From contig OX597816.1 of NCBI GenBank assembly GCA_951406725.2, positions 128,340,001 to 128,404,000 of the forward strand: 64,000 nucleotides of DNA, written 5' to 3'. The translations under genes were made by a program, and so were the position numbers. Below, one piece after another: positions 52,205-64,000 of the stretch (within the stretch, counting starts at the first letter, position 1; each line of letters starts with the position of its first letter). The notes under the pieces are model-generated. The model saw only the letters and a program-made list of their open reading frames with translations, made no database searches and was not told the DNA's origin. The stretch is from Octopus vulgaris. Taxonomy: Eukaryota.

Positions 52205-53685
52205 TCTTTTATTTTTTTATGTTTCAGTCATTAGATTGTGGCCATGTTGGGGTACTAACTTGCAGAGTTTTAGTCAAACAAATTTACTCCAGTACTTTAT
52301 TTCATCTCTGTATATATAAAACTGAGAATGTGTGTCTGTCTGTCTGTCTGTATGTTTCCCTTAAACTTGAGAACTGCACAACCAATTTCATTCAAATTTT
52401 ACACATGCCTTACTTAGGGTCCATGTAGTTTCATCGGCAAAAAAAATGTTCAACTTCTTCCCTAGAGCGAGCCCATAGCAATATCATATCTTCTCCACTA
52501 TTTCAGTATTATGTGTTAAAAGTGAAACAAAAACATTTCTCTATTTTATGTCAGATACTTTCACTTTAACAATAAATATAATAATAACAATTGAATTATA
52601 TGTAGTAAGTAATAATTAAAATCAAACTAAAGTATAATAGAATCGTAACATAACAAAAGTAAAAATAGCAATTGGTATAAAATTGCATCAATGACTTGAA
52701 CTTGAATAAGTGGTTTCACATGAATGGGAATAAATTAAAAATAAAATTAGCATGCAGAAATGGAATAGTCCAGATGGCTAATAAAAAATTAAATTAAAGA
52801 AAAGACTATTGTCTATAAAGTATACAATGTAGAGAAAAAAGAAGATTTTCACACCTGGAGAAAGCACCATTGAAAAGTGTCTTGGTGCGACTATGAAAGA
52901 TATCTAACCAGAGGCGGTAAATTCGCCACAATAGAAGCAAAGTTTGAGTCAACGGGGCGTGCAAGGGAGTACTCAACTCGAACTTGCGAAGTGGAAATAT
53001 TTTATTTTTACCTTTATATCTGGGACGTAGGACATGCCAGATAAAAATTTAAAATGCCCCATCCCCCCCCCCGAAGTTGAGGTAGGCTGGATTGTAGCCA
53101 CACTTCTATACAAGAGGGAGGACAAGATACAATTGATCGAAATTCCAAGAGACGGGCTTACAATTCCAGTTTGTTATATATTTTGAGTATTGTTATCACT
53201 AGCGATATCAAGATATAACTTTGTATTTTGTATTTTATGTGTAGATGTATATATATATAGATGTACATGTAATATGTACACATATATATACACATATATA
53301 CATGCACTAGCACTATGACCCGGCAACGACGGGTCATAATGCTAGTTATCTATAAGCTTGGTATTTATTGTATCAGTCTTTTTCTGCCAAACCATTAAGT
53401 TATGGAGATGTAAACACACCAACACCAGTTCTCAAGCAGTGTGGTGGGAACAAGCACAGACACAAAGACACACACACATGCATGCATGTATGCATGCTTA
53501 TATATATATATGTCTGTGTGTGTGTGTGATGCGCTTCTTTTAGTTTCTGCCTACCAAATCCACTCACAAGGATTTGGTCAGACCAAAGCTATAAAAGAAG
53601 ACACTTGCACAAGGTGCCACACAGTGGGGCTGAGCCCAGAACCATGTGGCTGAGAAGCAAACTTCTTACCACACAGCCATCCCTG
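52205..53685 (-). mobile_element. SINE family C split by the Helitron
   Basis: GTTTCAGTCATTAGATTGTGGCCATG at 52221; continues after 53346 to CTTACCACACAGCCA. Confidence 0.8.
52305..53345 (+). mobile_element. Non-autonomous Helitron
   Basis: A|TC 5' end, subterminal (TGTC)n, 3' hairpin TATGACCCG-GCAACGA-CGGGTCATA, then CTAG|T; no TSD. Confidence 0.9.
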
Positions 53686-54024
53686 TGCTTGCAATTATCA
53701 AACCATAAAAATGTGACAAGAATATATAACTGAAACAAAAACATATTAAAAAAATAACTGACTAAGCAAAGATTGCAATAGATCAAAATCACTCTAGAGG
53801 TTAACAGTTGATTTTTAAGATTGTTCTCATCATGTCTTGCTAAATGTGAACATTCAATATGAGATGATAAATTTGTTACTTCCTATCTGTTTCTGTTGCT
53901 GCAAGAAAACCAATTTTGAGGGAAAATTGGATTTGAAGATTTTTGTAGGGCATAACTATAAAAGAATGAGAAAGAAAAATTTCTACTGTGCCTACCCATG
54001 TATATTGGTGTTCCACAATAGGCT

Positions 54025-54492
54025 GTGGAGGCACATGGCCTAGTGGTTAAAACCACGGACTCGCGGTCTACGGATCGTGGGTTTGAATCTCAGATTGGGC
54101 GATGTGTGTGTTTATGAGCAAAACACTAAGCTCCATGCAGCTCCGGCAGAAGGTAATGGCAAACTTATGCTGAATCTTTCGCCACAACTTTCTCTCACTC
54201 TTTCCTCCTGAATCTTGCAGCTTAGCTGCAACGGACTGGCGTCCCATCTAATGCACTCATGCTGACACCATGTAAAAGCACCCATGCCAGTACTGTGTAA
54301 AAGCACCCAGTACACTCTGTAAAGTGGTTGGCATTAGGAGGGACATGCAGCCATAGAAATCATGTCAAAACAGAGATGAAATCTTAGCAGCTTTTCGACT
54401 GGCTAACTCCTGTCAAACTGTCCAACCCATCCAAGGAAACTGGGAAACCGGCCCTTATGAGCCTGGCGTAGCTCGAGAAGGAACAAACAACT
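54025..54492 (+). mobile_element. SINE family D carrying an inverted copy of neighbouring DNA
   Basis: Head TGGAGGCACATGGCCTAGTGG; 54250-54430 is foreign; the element resumes at GAAACTGGGAAACCGGCCC. Confidence 0.85.
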
Positions 54493-54704
54493 GTTCCTTC
54501 CAAAGGATGAATAATAGGCTGTGAAAAGTTTCAAGTTGGGCTTTCAGTCAGACCAAATATAAATATAATTACAGAAATAAATCAAAATTTTATTAAAATT
54601 GCAGCCTATCATAGTGACTATTAAACTATAAAAATGTGAATAGAATTTACAAAAAAGTTCCAATTTAGATATTAGCAACACATTGATTAACTTTTACTTT
54701 ATCT

Positions 54705-54911
54705 TTTTAATGTTCATTTTACATACTGGCATGAGTTGGACAATTTGACAGGAGCTAGCCAGTCAAAAAGCTGCTAAGATTTCATTTCTGTTTTGAGATG
54801 ATTTCTATGGCTGGATGTACTTCCTAATGCCAACCACTTTACAGAGTGTACTGGGTGCTTTTACACAGTACTGGCATGGGTGCTTTTACATGGTGTCAGC
54901 ATGAGTGCATT
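54705..54911 (-). mobile_element. SINE family B, old copy
   Basis: GGCTGGATGTACTTCCTAATGCCAACCACTTTACAGAGTG. Confidence 0.8.
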
Positions 54912-57277
54912 TTACATTACACAGACTGACCAAAAGAATAATTCACAAGTTTTCTTCATGCACAAGAGATCACCTACTGTATAAGCGCAATAGTAATTTT
55001 GTTTGTTCATTCCTGACTATCACCTGAAGAAGCTTGAAATCCAGTTCTATCCATAAAAATAGGTATTCTTGCTTGAGGAAACATAATCTGTCATAAGTTA
55101 TGAACATAAATCTGTATGTGAATGTTCGATATGAGATGACAGGAACAGTCTCTGCAATTAACTGATGTTTGCAATGAATTCAACATATAAAATTCACTAA
55201 AGTGATTTTGCTCTATCAAGATCTTTGCAAAATCATTTATTCCTTGAATATGTTTCCAATTTAATTGTATACACTATTTACATTCTTTATAGTATACATT
55301 TATGTGTGTGAGTGCGTGTGCGCGCATGTGTGTGTGTATAGAGAAATGTAACAGTGTCCATATGCTGTAACTTCATTTTTTTCTAGGATTTTGTTTTTTC
55401 TAGATTTGTTTGATTCTTCCTGTTTAATTGTCTAATCATAAATAATTACACCTTATTCAATGCAAAAATCCCAAGTGAGAAAGATAAAAAAAGTTTTGCA
55501 AAATTAATCACTAAGTTTGGTGAAAGTAATATTTTCCTTCAACTCTTCTGAATGGAATATTATCAACCAGAACAGCTATAGTAATTTTACATAACTTTGA
55601 AATGAGATAATTTTATTTGTATCCTTATGTTATCCTTCCTATATGTGTACTGACAATTATAGGATAAATAAATTTAGCAAACAAAAATGTCTGTTTTGTT
55701 TGCTTAATGTCAAGATACAAACAGTTGATTATTTGTAAAATGAAATATAACTATTAATAGCATGAATATTAGTAAAACAGTTAAATGTCATTCATGGAAT
55801 TGAAGATAGTGACTGATAACCTTGTAGACGAAACATCCATAGAATTTTTTTAGGAAACGGTATATGGATGTTTTTTTGTTTTTTTTTGTCTGCTGAAAAA
55901 AAGATTGCATTCATCACTGCAAGCTAAGGCCCATGTTTATAGTTGAGTATGGAGATGTCTTTCTAAGTAACCATTCAGCCTACTAGAACCACAAGTCAGT
56001 TCTTATTATTATTGTCTTGAGAGAGGACACATTGGATATACATATAGTCAGATGGATATACATATAGTCAGAGACTTACTCTTAAAATGATGGGATAGTC
56101 ATGGCTGAAATATCTCTGATCATAGGTCAACTTCATGAGAATTGATCTGGGAATAAACAACAATTTCAATTAAACCAGACTGAGCTAGCTAAGGAATCTC
56201 TTTGTTGTTGTGATGTCTTACAAGAATTTTGCCAAGTCTTTTTCAAATTACATTTGGCCAATTTTATAGAAAGAACACATTAGATAATGTAGTCCTAGAT
56301 ATACTGTGTAAAAAAATATGGAGTGGGCACAACTGGAACACCTTTGATTATAGGTTTGCTCAACATGAGATGATCTTGGGGTTAAAGGATGAAGTCAACT
56401 ATAATTCATATAAATAGCACCACAGTTAATAAAAGGAAATGCTCTAAGTTATTTTTGCAGTGAGCAAATTAGACATTACTTTCACATTTTTCTTTGCAAC
56501 AACACAAAGGGATAACAAAGACACAAAAGCACCCTTTAAGCAACATATGCTTCAATGTTTATTCAATATAAAAGATATTACATGCTTTAACCATGAAAGT
56601 TCAGAAACATGGACATTTATGTAACTACTAACAATACAAATAATGTTTAATCTATTTAATACAATACAAGTAATGCTTAATCTATTTAACAGGTCATACT
56701 TGGCATAGTCTTATATGATAACATTTTGTGTTTCTTCTCAGAAGAAAGCTGTCATGGCATAATTAAGATAATATAACAATGCGTTTTGACATTTAAGTTT
56801 CTCTGTTCTATCTAACTTTAATAAAACCATAACAGTAGACAATATCATGTCAAAATTCTTTATCTTCCTTGAAATGGGAACCACATGAACAAGAATAAAT
56901 TTTAGAATGCCAACCAGTTACTTTATGCATTGAACAAGTAATATGGACTGCTACTTCCATTTGCAACTCAATCTACTATTGACTGTATTTTAGTTTAGCT
57001 TCCTGATAAATTTGCGGTAAATACCACATTTTCTCAAAATGTCAGTAATGCAATATCCAAGACAAGCGAAAAAAATAAACAGATAAATAAAGTGACAGAT
57101 TAGTAATTATATTTCAGTAGGCAAACACTTCCTACATAGTCCAAAGTGTACATCAATACAGCACAGACACACCCAGTAAACTTAGACTTTGATTAGTAAT
57201 GCAAAATAAAATACCATGTCTTTGCAACAACATGACAAAAATATACCAAAAGTGCCTCTTTTACAATGGCAGTGGAT

Positions 57278-57692
57278 AAGGTGTTGAGTTGTCAGAAATG
57301 TTAGCACATTGGACAAAATGCTTAGTGGCATTTATTCTGGCTCTTTACATTCTGAGTTCAATTCCCACTGAGGCCAATTTTATAGAAAGAATTTGATAGA
57401 ATACAATATCTTCCAAGTACTGAAGTTGATATAATCGATTATCCCCCTTCCCTTAAAATTTCTGGAACCATCACAATGACAGTAGATGGCAGAATCTGTA
57501 GAGTGATTATAAAAAATGCCTTGCTGTATTTAAGTAACAACTCTTTACATTCTGAGTTAAAATCTTGCCAAACCTAAAATTTGCCTTTCATCTTTTTTGT
57601 GTTATATCAACCCCTGTACTGGACTGAAGTTAACAGAATCAAGTATGCCCCTCTCTAGATTTGAAACATTGTTCCTCTGAAAGAAATTATTA
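57278..57692 (+). mobile_element. Two old tandem family A SINEs
   Basis: CAGAA...TTTACATTCTGAGTT occurs twice. Confidence 0.65.
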
Positions 57693-57862
57693 TTAAACCT
57701 GTGAGATTTGTATCAGAAATGCAGGAGTAATAAGGGTTTGTCTTATACCCTTAGAACCATAACATACTCAAGACTCTACATGTTAGAAATAGCAGCTGAA
57801 TCTCCCTTTATCACATCTATAAAAAGAAAACAAGGACACATTGTTCAAAGTAGAAATAGCTT

Positions 57863-57882
57863 GCATGCATGCATGCATGCAT

Positions 57883-57937
<55 letters not shown>

Positions 57938-58036
57938 TACATACATACATACATACATACATACATACATACATACATACATACATACATACATACATAC
58001 ATACATACATACATACATACATAAGTATGTATGTAT
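57863..58036. repeat. (CATG)n/(CA)n/(CATA)n microsatellite
   Basis: Direct reading. Confidence 0.95.
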
Positions 58037-58194
58037 GTTGGCTGTGAAAAACTATAACAAAAGCTATCAATGACATGAATAATAAATGCAGGTCAATGTC
58101 ATGCAGATATTATCTTCCCATGAGGTATGATGTGGTGGCCAGAAAAGTCTTTAACAGAATAAGAAAAAGGAAATTACAAACAAAGTTGACTATA

Positions 58195-58716
58195 CTGGGG
58201 CAAGTGTTTTCTACTATAGTCTTGGGCTGACCAAAGCCTTGTGAGTGGATTTGGTAGACAGAAACATTAGCATGCCGGGCGAAATGCTTAGTGGTATTTC
58301 GTCTGCCATTACATTCTGAGTTCAAATTCCGTTGAAGTCGACTTTGCCTTTCATCCTTTTGGGGTCGATAAATTAAGTACCAGTTACACACTGGGGTTGA
58401 TGTAATTGACTTAATCCCTTTGTCTGACCTTGTTTGTCCCCTCTATGTTTAGCCCTTTGTGGGCAATAAAGAAATAAGAAACTGAAAGAAGCCCTTCTTG
58501 TGTGTGTGTTTGTGTGTCTGTGTTGTCCCCCACCATCGCTTGACAACCAATGTTGATATGTTTACGTCCCCGGTAACTTAGCAGTTTGGTAAAAGAGACT
58601 GATAGAATAAGTATTAGGCTTGCAAAGAATAAGTCCCGGGGTTCGATTTGTTTGGTTAAAGGCAGTGCTCCAACATGGCCACAGTCAAATAACTGAAACA
58701 AGTAAAAGAATAAAAA
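58195..58716 (+). mobile_element. SINE family C with a nested family A copy (about 58266-58476)
   Basis: Family C resumes at AGAAACTGAAAGAAGCCC; AGAAAC is repeated at both junctions. Confidence 0.85.
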
Positions 58717-60919
58717 ATACTGATCCTGATGAGCAAAAAAATATTAGTGTAACTTAAAAGTTAAAACAGCCAATAAGTTAAATTATAATCAGTTAGATTA
58801 TGATGTACAAAACAATGAGAAAAAATATGCAGTTGTGGAAATCAGCTGCCTTTTTGACACTAATGTAGTCAGAAAAATACTGAAGAAAGGAAGCATTTAT
58901 GGACCATTGATGAGGAGTTTGCAAATCCAGTACATGAGATACACTTTAAGTTTTATATCTATTATTATTGGAGCAATATGATGCATACCAACCTGCCTAT
59001 AGCAAAGTATGGCTGAACTTGGGTTCCTGGGGAGAGAATGGAACTCCTAAATTCATACTCTCCAAATGATCATGATATCTAGAATAATTCACAAGACTTG
59101 CTTTTGAATTTAAAAATGATGAACAAAACAAGATGCTTTTCTTTACATTGCTTAAAGCAGGCGGCCAGTCAAAATTAATTCCTAATTCAAGAGAGAAAAA
59201 GAACATACATACATGCATGTATATATGCACAGATATTGTAGAGGACTAATTACTACCATTGTATAGTTGTTTTTTGGTCATGTAGAAAACTTTGATTCAC
59301 ACCACAACTTCATTGCATGGGATTTTCCCATCCCTTACATTATTAAACTTCATGCCATCACCACCATAACTTTAGCTGCAGTTGGGTAGGGTCATAAAAC
59401 ACATATCAATAAGTGACCTTTACTCTGATTTTTTATCAATCAATGATCGTCGTTCATGTGCATCCACACATCATTTATAGTTTTCTAACATAATAAAGAT
59501 TTGGTTTTTGGCCATTCAGCAGAGATTGTCACAGTTACTGTCAGGTGGCTCCACACCACCTCACAACATAAAAAAAAAGATAATGTTCTCACACTGTCTC
59601 ACTACACAGGTGAAGAGAGTTATGGTTTTGCATAACTACTCCATAATGTTCAATTTTCTGGTTCTCCATGTTATGACAATTTTTTTCTTTATAGATACTG
59701 ACACACTATAAGAATAATGTGTTCTTATACACATACACATTGCAAAAAAAAAAAGGTTTTCTTATACACAGAAAGAGATTTTGCTTTGCTTAATTAATCC
59801 ACATCATTTAACATCTTGATTCTCCAAAGGCATTTTGATGCACTCAATTATGACAAACACATTTTCACTCATACACATGCATAACACTTTACATACACAT
59901 TATCAGTGTAACATTCACTCTCCACACAGTCTGATACTGAAAAGAATGCTTTCATACACATATTTGCACAAACATACACACTCATTTTAAATTATTGTTT
60001 AAAACAATTCTTCACAGACAATTTTGTTTCACATTTGAACTATGACAATATTACAACATATTAAGTCTTCCATATTTGATTTCACAATATTTTCATTTAA
60101 TTCTTATAGCTGCTACAATTTCTTTTTTATCTGTGTGGAGTTGTGCTTTACTGAACATTTAAGAACTCATTCTGTTATACTTTGCATAACTTTACATATG
60201 TTTACCATTTGTCATCTGTCATCATTAACTTACTTTCATTTAAAAGAATAAAAATTATGGTGATCCACATTGGAATCTTCCTGTCTTTTCCCTTTTTATT
60301 TCTGACAGTCCTACATATCTCTGTCCAATTATATCTCTCCAGTGGCTTACCTCAAGGTGGATAATTTTCGTTGATGACTGTTTAGATGGTATGAAGTTTG
60401 TCTCTGGTCCTGGCATTACAAATTCTTGTTTCTCAGGAATGGTGTACAAAATGGTGGAAAGAAATACAAGAAAATGAGCTTTCACAAAATGTGACACTTT
60501 ATTTCTACACTAAATAGAATAATACAGTGAACCAGGTGGATAGATCATGAAGATAACTGTCTATAGAAATCGTACATAGTTGGCTTCTCAATTTAGTCAG
60601 AATTTAATTACACATGCTACAAAAACAGGATCAAAATGGCATAACATAGCTTTCTTGAAAGCAGCTCTCCTCTCTCCGAAAATACTCACCTCATTGCTGA
60701 AACAGGAAAAATTCTCTTATTTATTGATAGAAAGAAGCTCAACGGGCATTTGATTTTGCCGTGTTGGTTGGTCTATCACACAATGCAATTGGATGCAAAA
60801 CTGTATCCTGCATAAGACTAGACCAATCCAAGAAACAGACTCAGTCAAGTATTACACGATTACATGACCAGTTTCAGAACATGCAGGGTGAACCAACAGT
60901 CTCACTACAACTGAATGCA

Positions 60920-61553
60920 TTGAACAGAGACCATAAGCCCATGCCTCATGACGAGTGATGATGGCCATCATGCAGTCTGGGTCATAGTTTCCACAGTCTA
61001 GCATGTCCTGAGCGATTTCCATGCAGAGGTGCTTCTAATGCTCTGCCAACACTTTGGGAATGAATTTTGCTGAGATTCTCCATGTGCGCAAATCCTCCAT
61101 TAAAATGGAATGTGCTGTTCTTGTGCTTATTCCCTACTTTGTGAGTAATTTTCTGCATTGTTACATGGCACTCTTTCATGACCATTCACCAAACCTCCTC
61201 AATTGGTATCTTGCTTTTGCTTGTGGATGGCCTATCTGAATGTGCCTCACCTTCCACTGACATGGAGCCATGTTTGAAGCTTTGATGGTTTGAGCTTGAG
61301 TATCACCGAGATTTTGATAAAACTTGATGCAATATTTCTGCTCGTTTATCTTGTGTGAAAACATAAATCCAACGAGCATGTACTACACATCTGTACTCTA
61401 GGTGCAACAGCCAGAAATTGACCAAGCCTACTGGTGCAAAAGTTTATACACATGTGCATAAAGGGTGGCGTCACCTCCCACCCAAAGGATTTTGCCTATG
61501 CGGTATTAGTTTTGGCAGGGAAAATAGTCAGATTACTTTTTGAATGCTTTTCA
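60920..61553 (-). mobile_element. 5' half of a second mariner family, decayed
   Basis: TA-flanked TIR-like end TGAAAAGCATTCAAAAAGTAATCTGACTATTT; EQKYCIKFYQNLGDTQAQTI; IITRHEAWAYG (ITGDESW-like). Confidence 0.8.
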
Positions 61554-61567
61554 TATGTGTGTTTGTG

Positions 61568-61800
61568 TGTATGCGTGTTCTGTTTTTAATCATTTAAATT
61601 TTTCCTCAGAAGAAGGAGCTAGTTCCTAACAAAGATACAAAGTTCCATCTTTGGAATGTAGATAATGAAAGCAATGCCACATTTTAAACCCGAGAAAAGC
61701 CTTGCATACTTTTACTGTTTCACATGTACTGTATTTGTAATGTGCAAATCAGTTGGTTGATTCTCTTTTTCTGAAAATCCAAGCTTATCCAGACTATCCA
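61568..61800 (-). mobile_element. RLE LINE 3' end
   Basis: LDKLGFSEKE...TVKVCKAFLGFKM plus a 3' UTR matching 2395-2530; ends at (CA)n. Confidence 0.75.
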
Positions 61801-61849
61801 CTGCAATGTTGGTGATTTCCTTCTTCTCCAGTTCTTCCACCATTAACTG

Positions 61850-64000
61850 ATGCTAGTGGTTATCTCTTTCTTTAATGATCTCAGACATTCACCCCCTCCC
61901 TCTGGTTTGGTGAGTTTGGTATATTGCATAAATGCCCTGGACTCTCAACATCCAATCAGATCGGCTGACTTGGATTTAGCTTGGGAAGAAGATGCTAATT
62001 TGAGTTGCTTGGCACCTCAACAACTCAACTCATAGTTGATAAATCCCACATTGCGTTCTGAGTCAAGATTGTGAATGGGAGCTCTCTCTAGTTTAGCTAA
62101 GTCCATGCTTTCCAGAGTATGGGGAGATTCTTTGATGATGCTTCCAAAACCAAACAGAACTCCCTTCCAGTTCTTCTAACGTTGGAAGAAGCCTCAACAG
62201 TACTTTTAACACCTCTGGCTTCAACTCAGTTACAATAGCTTCAACATCACAGTATATATTTTCATCATATCTGGTTTCCTGGAATCTGCTAGAAGATACA
62301 AAAGTGAGTGCAGGACTATGTACATTTAGTAATCGGTTTGGACCCACTGTGGAAAGGTCATCATAAAGGTATTTGAAACTAGGCACAAGTTTTGAATAGG
62401 TTGAGCTTGTTGAAGTAGTGAGTGAAAGAATGGTTCAACAAAGAGCAGGCCAACCAGCACTCCTGTGCAATATAAAACTTTGAGGAACTCCAGACATATG
62501 AAACATCATACAATACAAGCCAGTTGGTTTATAACATGCTCGTATTTTGCCATATACAGGGCCACATAATCCAGGTGGTACAAAGTTATTGTACAAGCCA
62601 AAGTGAGATGGTTAAAGTGTTCATTCTTCAAGGCAATAAATTTATTAACCCATGGTTGAATGTGCTTGTCCAATTCACTGGCTTTTCTCCATGACTTGTG
62701 ATCAAAATCATGATTGATTAATCTTGTTATGCAATTAAGAGCCTGTTCAGTGACACTGGATGAGCTTGATGTTGCATTTACAGGAAAACTCAAATAAACT
62801 TTGTCCCGTCCAATTGCATTCTTGATGTCACTCCACTATTTAGTTATTACTCAATTGAACATAAGTGAAGGGTGCACATTGCAAAACATGTTCAGGTATG
62901 TGTTCCATGCTGAGATTTCCTAAGATCTCTTCAACCCTAACATTGTGTGATGTTTGGTCCAATATAACAAAATCAATTTTTTCAAATAGTATTTTAACTA
63001 GGTTATTACTTGCTCCTTCTAGTAACGAAAGTACAGCCACTTTCAAGTAAGCCAGATTATTTCTTAATAGTCAACCCCGGGATGCAGAAAGATCCAGCTC
63101 CCTGTTTGTTAGATCCATCATCAAAATAAGTAATGACTGACTTTTTATTAGAAGACTTCTAGGCCCTGCAAACATATGTAATGACATAAAATAAGCTGCT
63201 TATCTGATATACTGTAAAATCCATCTATCTAAATAGTGAATTTTGGCTGCCATCTTGGATTTCTACCATCTTGCAAAAGTTTTATTAGTTAGAATATCTT
63301 TATTTCATATCAATATACTTATTAGTAAATTAAAGTTACAGTTTTTAATTAGTTTCATTCAAAATTATGTATTATATATATTAAAATGCGATTTTTTGCT
63401 ATTTTGTGGGGTTATCAACATTCAAGGGATATGTACAGGGGGATTATCACATTCAGTTTGCACACAGTTTGGTTTTGAGGTGATATTTGGATCCAACCAC
63501 AACTTTTGAAGGGGTTCCAAAAAAAAGTAGGATTAACATTCCCTCTTAAAACCAATCAAATATCCCAAATGTTGGCATCAACACTGCTACTGCAAATGCA
63601 TTGTGGGATATTGTCTTGTTGTAGGAGAGAGTTCAGAGTTCAGATTGTCATGTTGTTCTGAGTCTGGTGTAATATTCTTAGGTCTCTCTATTTTTATTCA
63701 CAATACCTTGGTATGATATATTTACAGCAAAGCTTAAGTATTCGTAGTATTCTTTGTGTGGAACAGGAGAGATAGTGAAACCATCAATACACAGGTTTTG
63801 TGTCTGGAGGACTGATTTTCCCCATTCAAAAATCAAATAAGGATATTTCTTCTGGCCAAATTCCATTACCGTGTCAGCTGAAAATGTTACTAATTCCAGT
63901 TGTTGTGTTTTTTTCCCTTTTTTGCATTGCTAGCAGTTTTAGCATAAATCTTGAAGTCATCCACAAAGAAATTATGGGTTACATTGATATTTCTTGCAGT
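61850..64000 (-). mobile_element. Decayed putative DDE DNA transposase region, hAT-like, superfamily uncertain
   Basis: Collinear broken frames ILDQTSHN...HIPEHVLQC, LINHDFDHKSW, and APIHNLDSERNVG (resembles the hAT PxxxxxxERxF motif). Non-coding gap at about 63060-63560. Confidence 0.5.

Noticed and set aside
54965-55155. Open minus-strand frame with AG/GT borders
   Set aside because: Weak splice signals and no recognisable peptide.
56033-56072. 20-bp tandem duplication TGGATATACATATAGTCAGA
   Set aside because: Ordinary slippage duplication.
10352-58740. Other CTGANGA matches (10352, 17707, 31401, 55024, 58726)
   Set aside because: No stem II plus GAAAC/GTH and stem I geometry; expected by chance.

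Overview
AT-rich animal genomic DNA dense in microsatellites and transposon relics. The SINE families and repeat style point to an octopus or related cephalopod (inference). No intact protein-coding gene is supported, so the window looks intronic or intergenic. It holds decayed mariner elements, non-LTR retrotransposons (RLE/R4-Dong-like, Tx1/L1-like, RTE, CR1-like), a Penelope-like (PLE) GIY-YIG remnant, a non-autonomous Helitron, a probable DDE transposase relic and many copies of four SINE families. The most notable signal is a set of short microsatellite-embedded inserts with fold-back structure and/or type I hammerhead ribozyme (HHR) motifs. These are an intact-looking HHR in a 129-bp perfect inverted repeat (14.4-14.8 kb), a head-to-head tRNA-like palindrome with an HHR tail (24.9-25.3 kb), a U6 snRNA copy with the same fold-back-plus-tail structure (9.3-9.6 kb) and three decayed HHR-like motifs. 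Together they suggest non-autonomous elements, including Pol III RNA-derived ones, mobilised by Penelope-like machinery (hypothesis). All alignments were made by eye and boundaries of old repeats are approximate.
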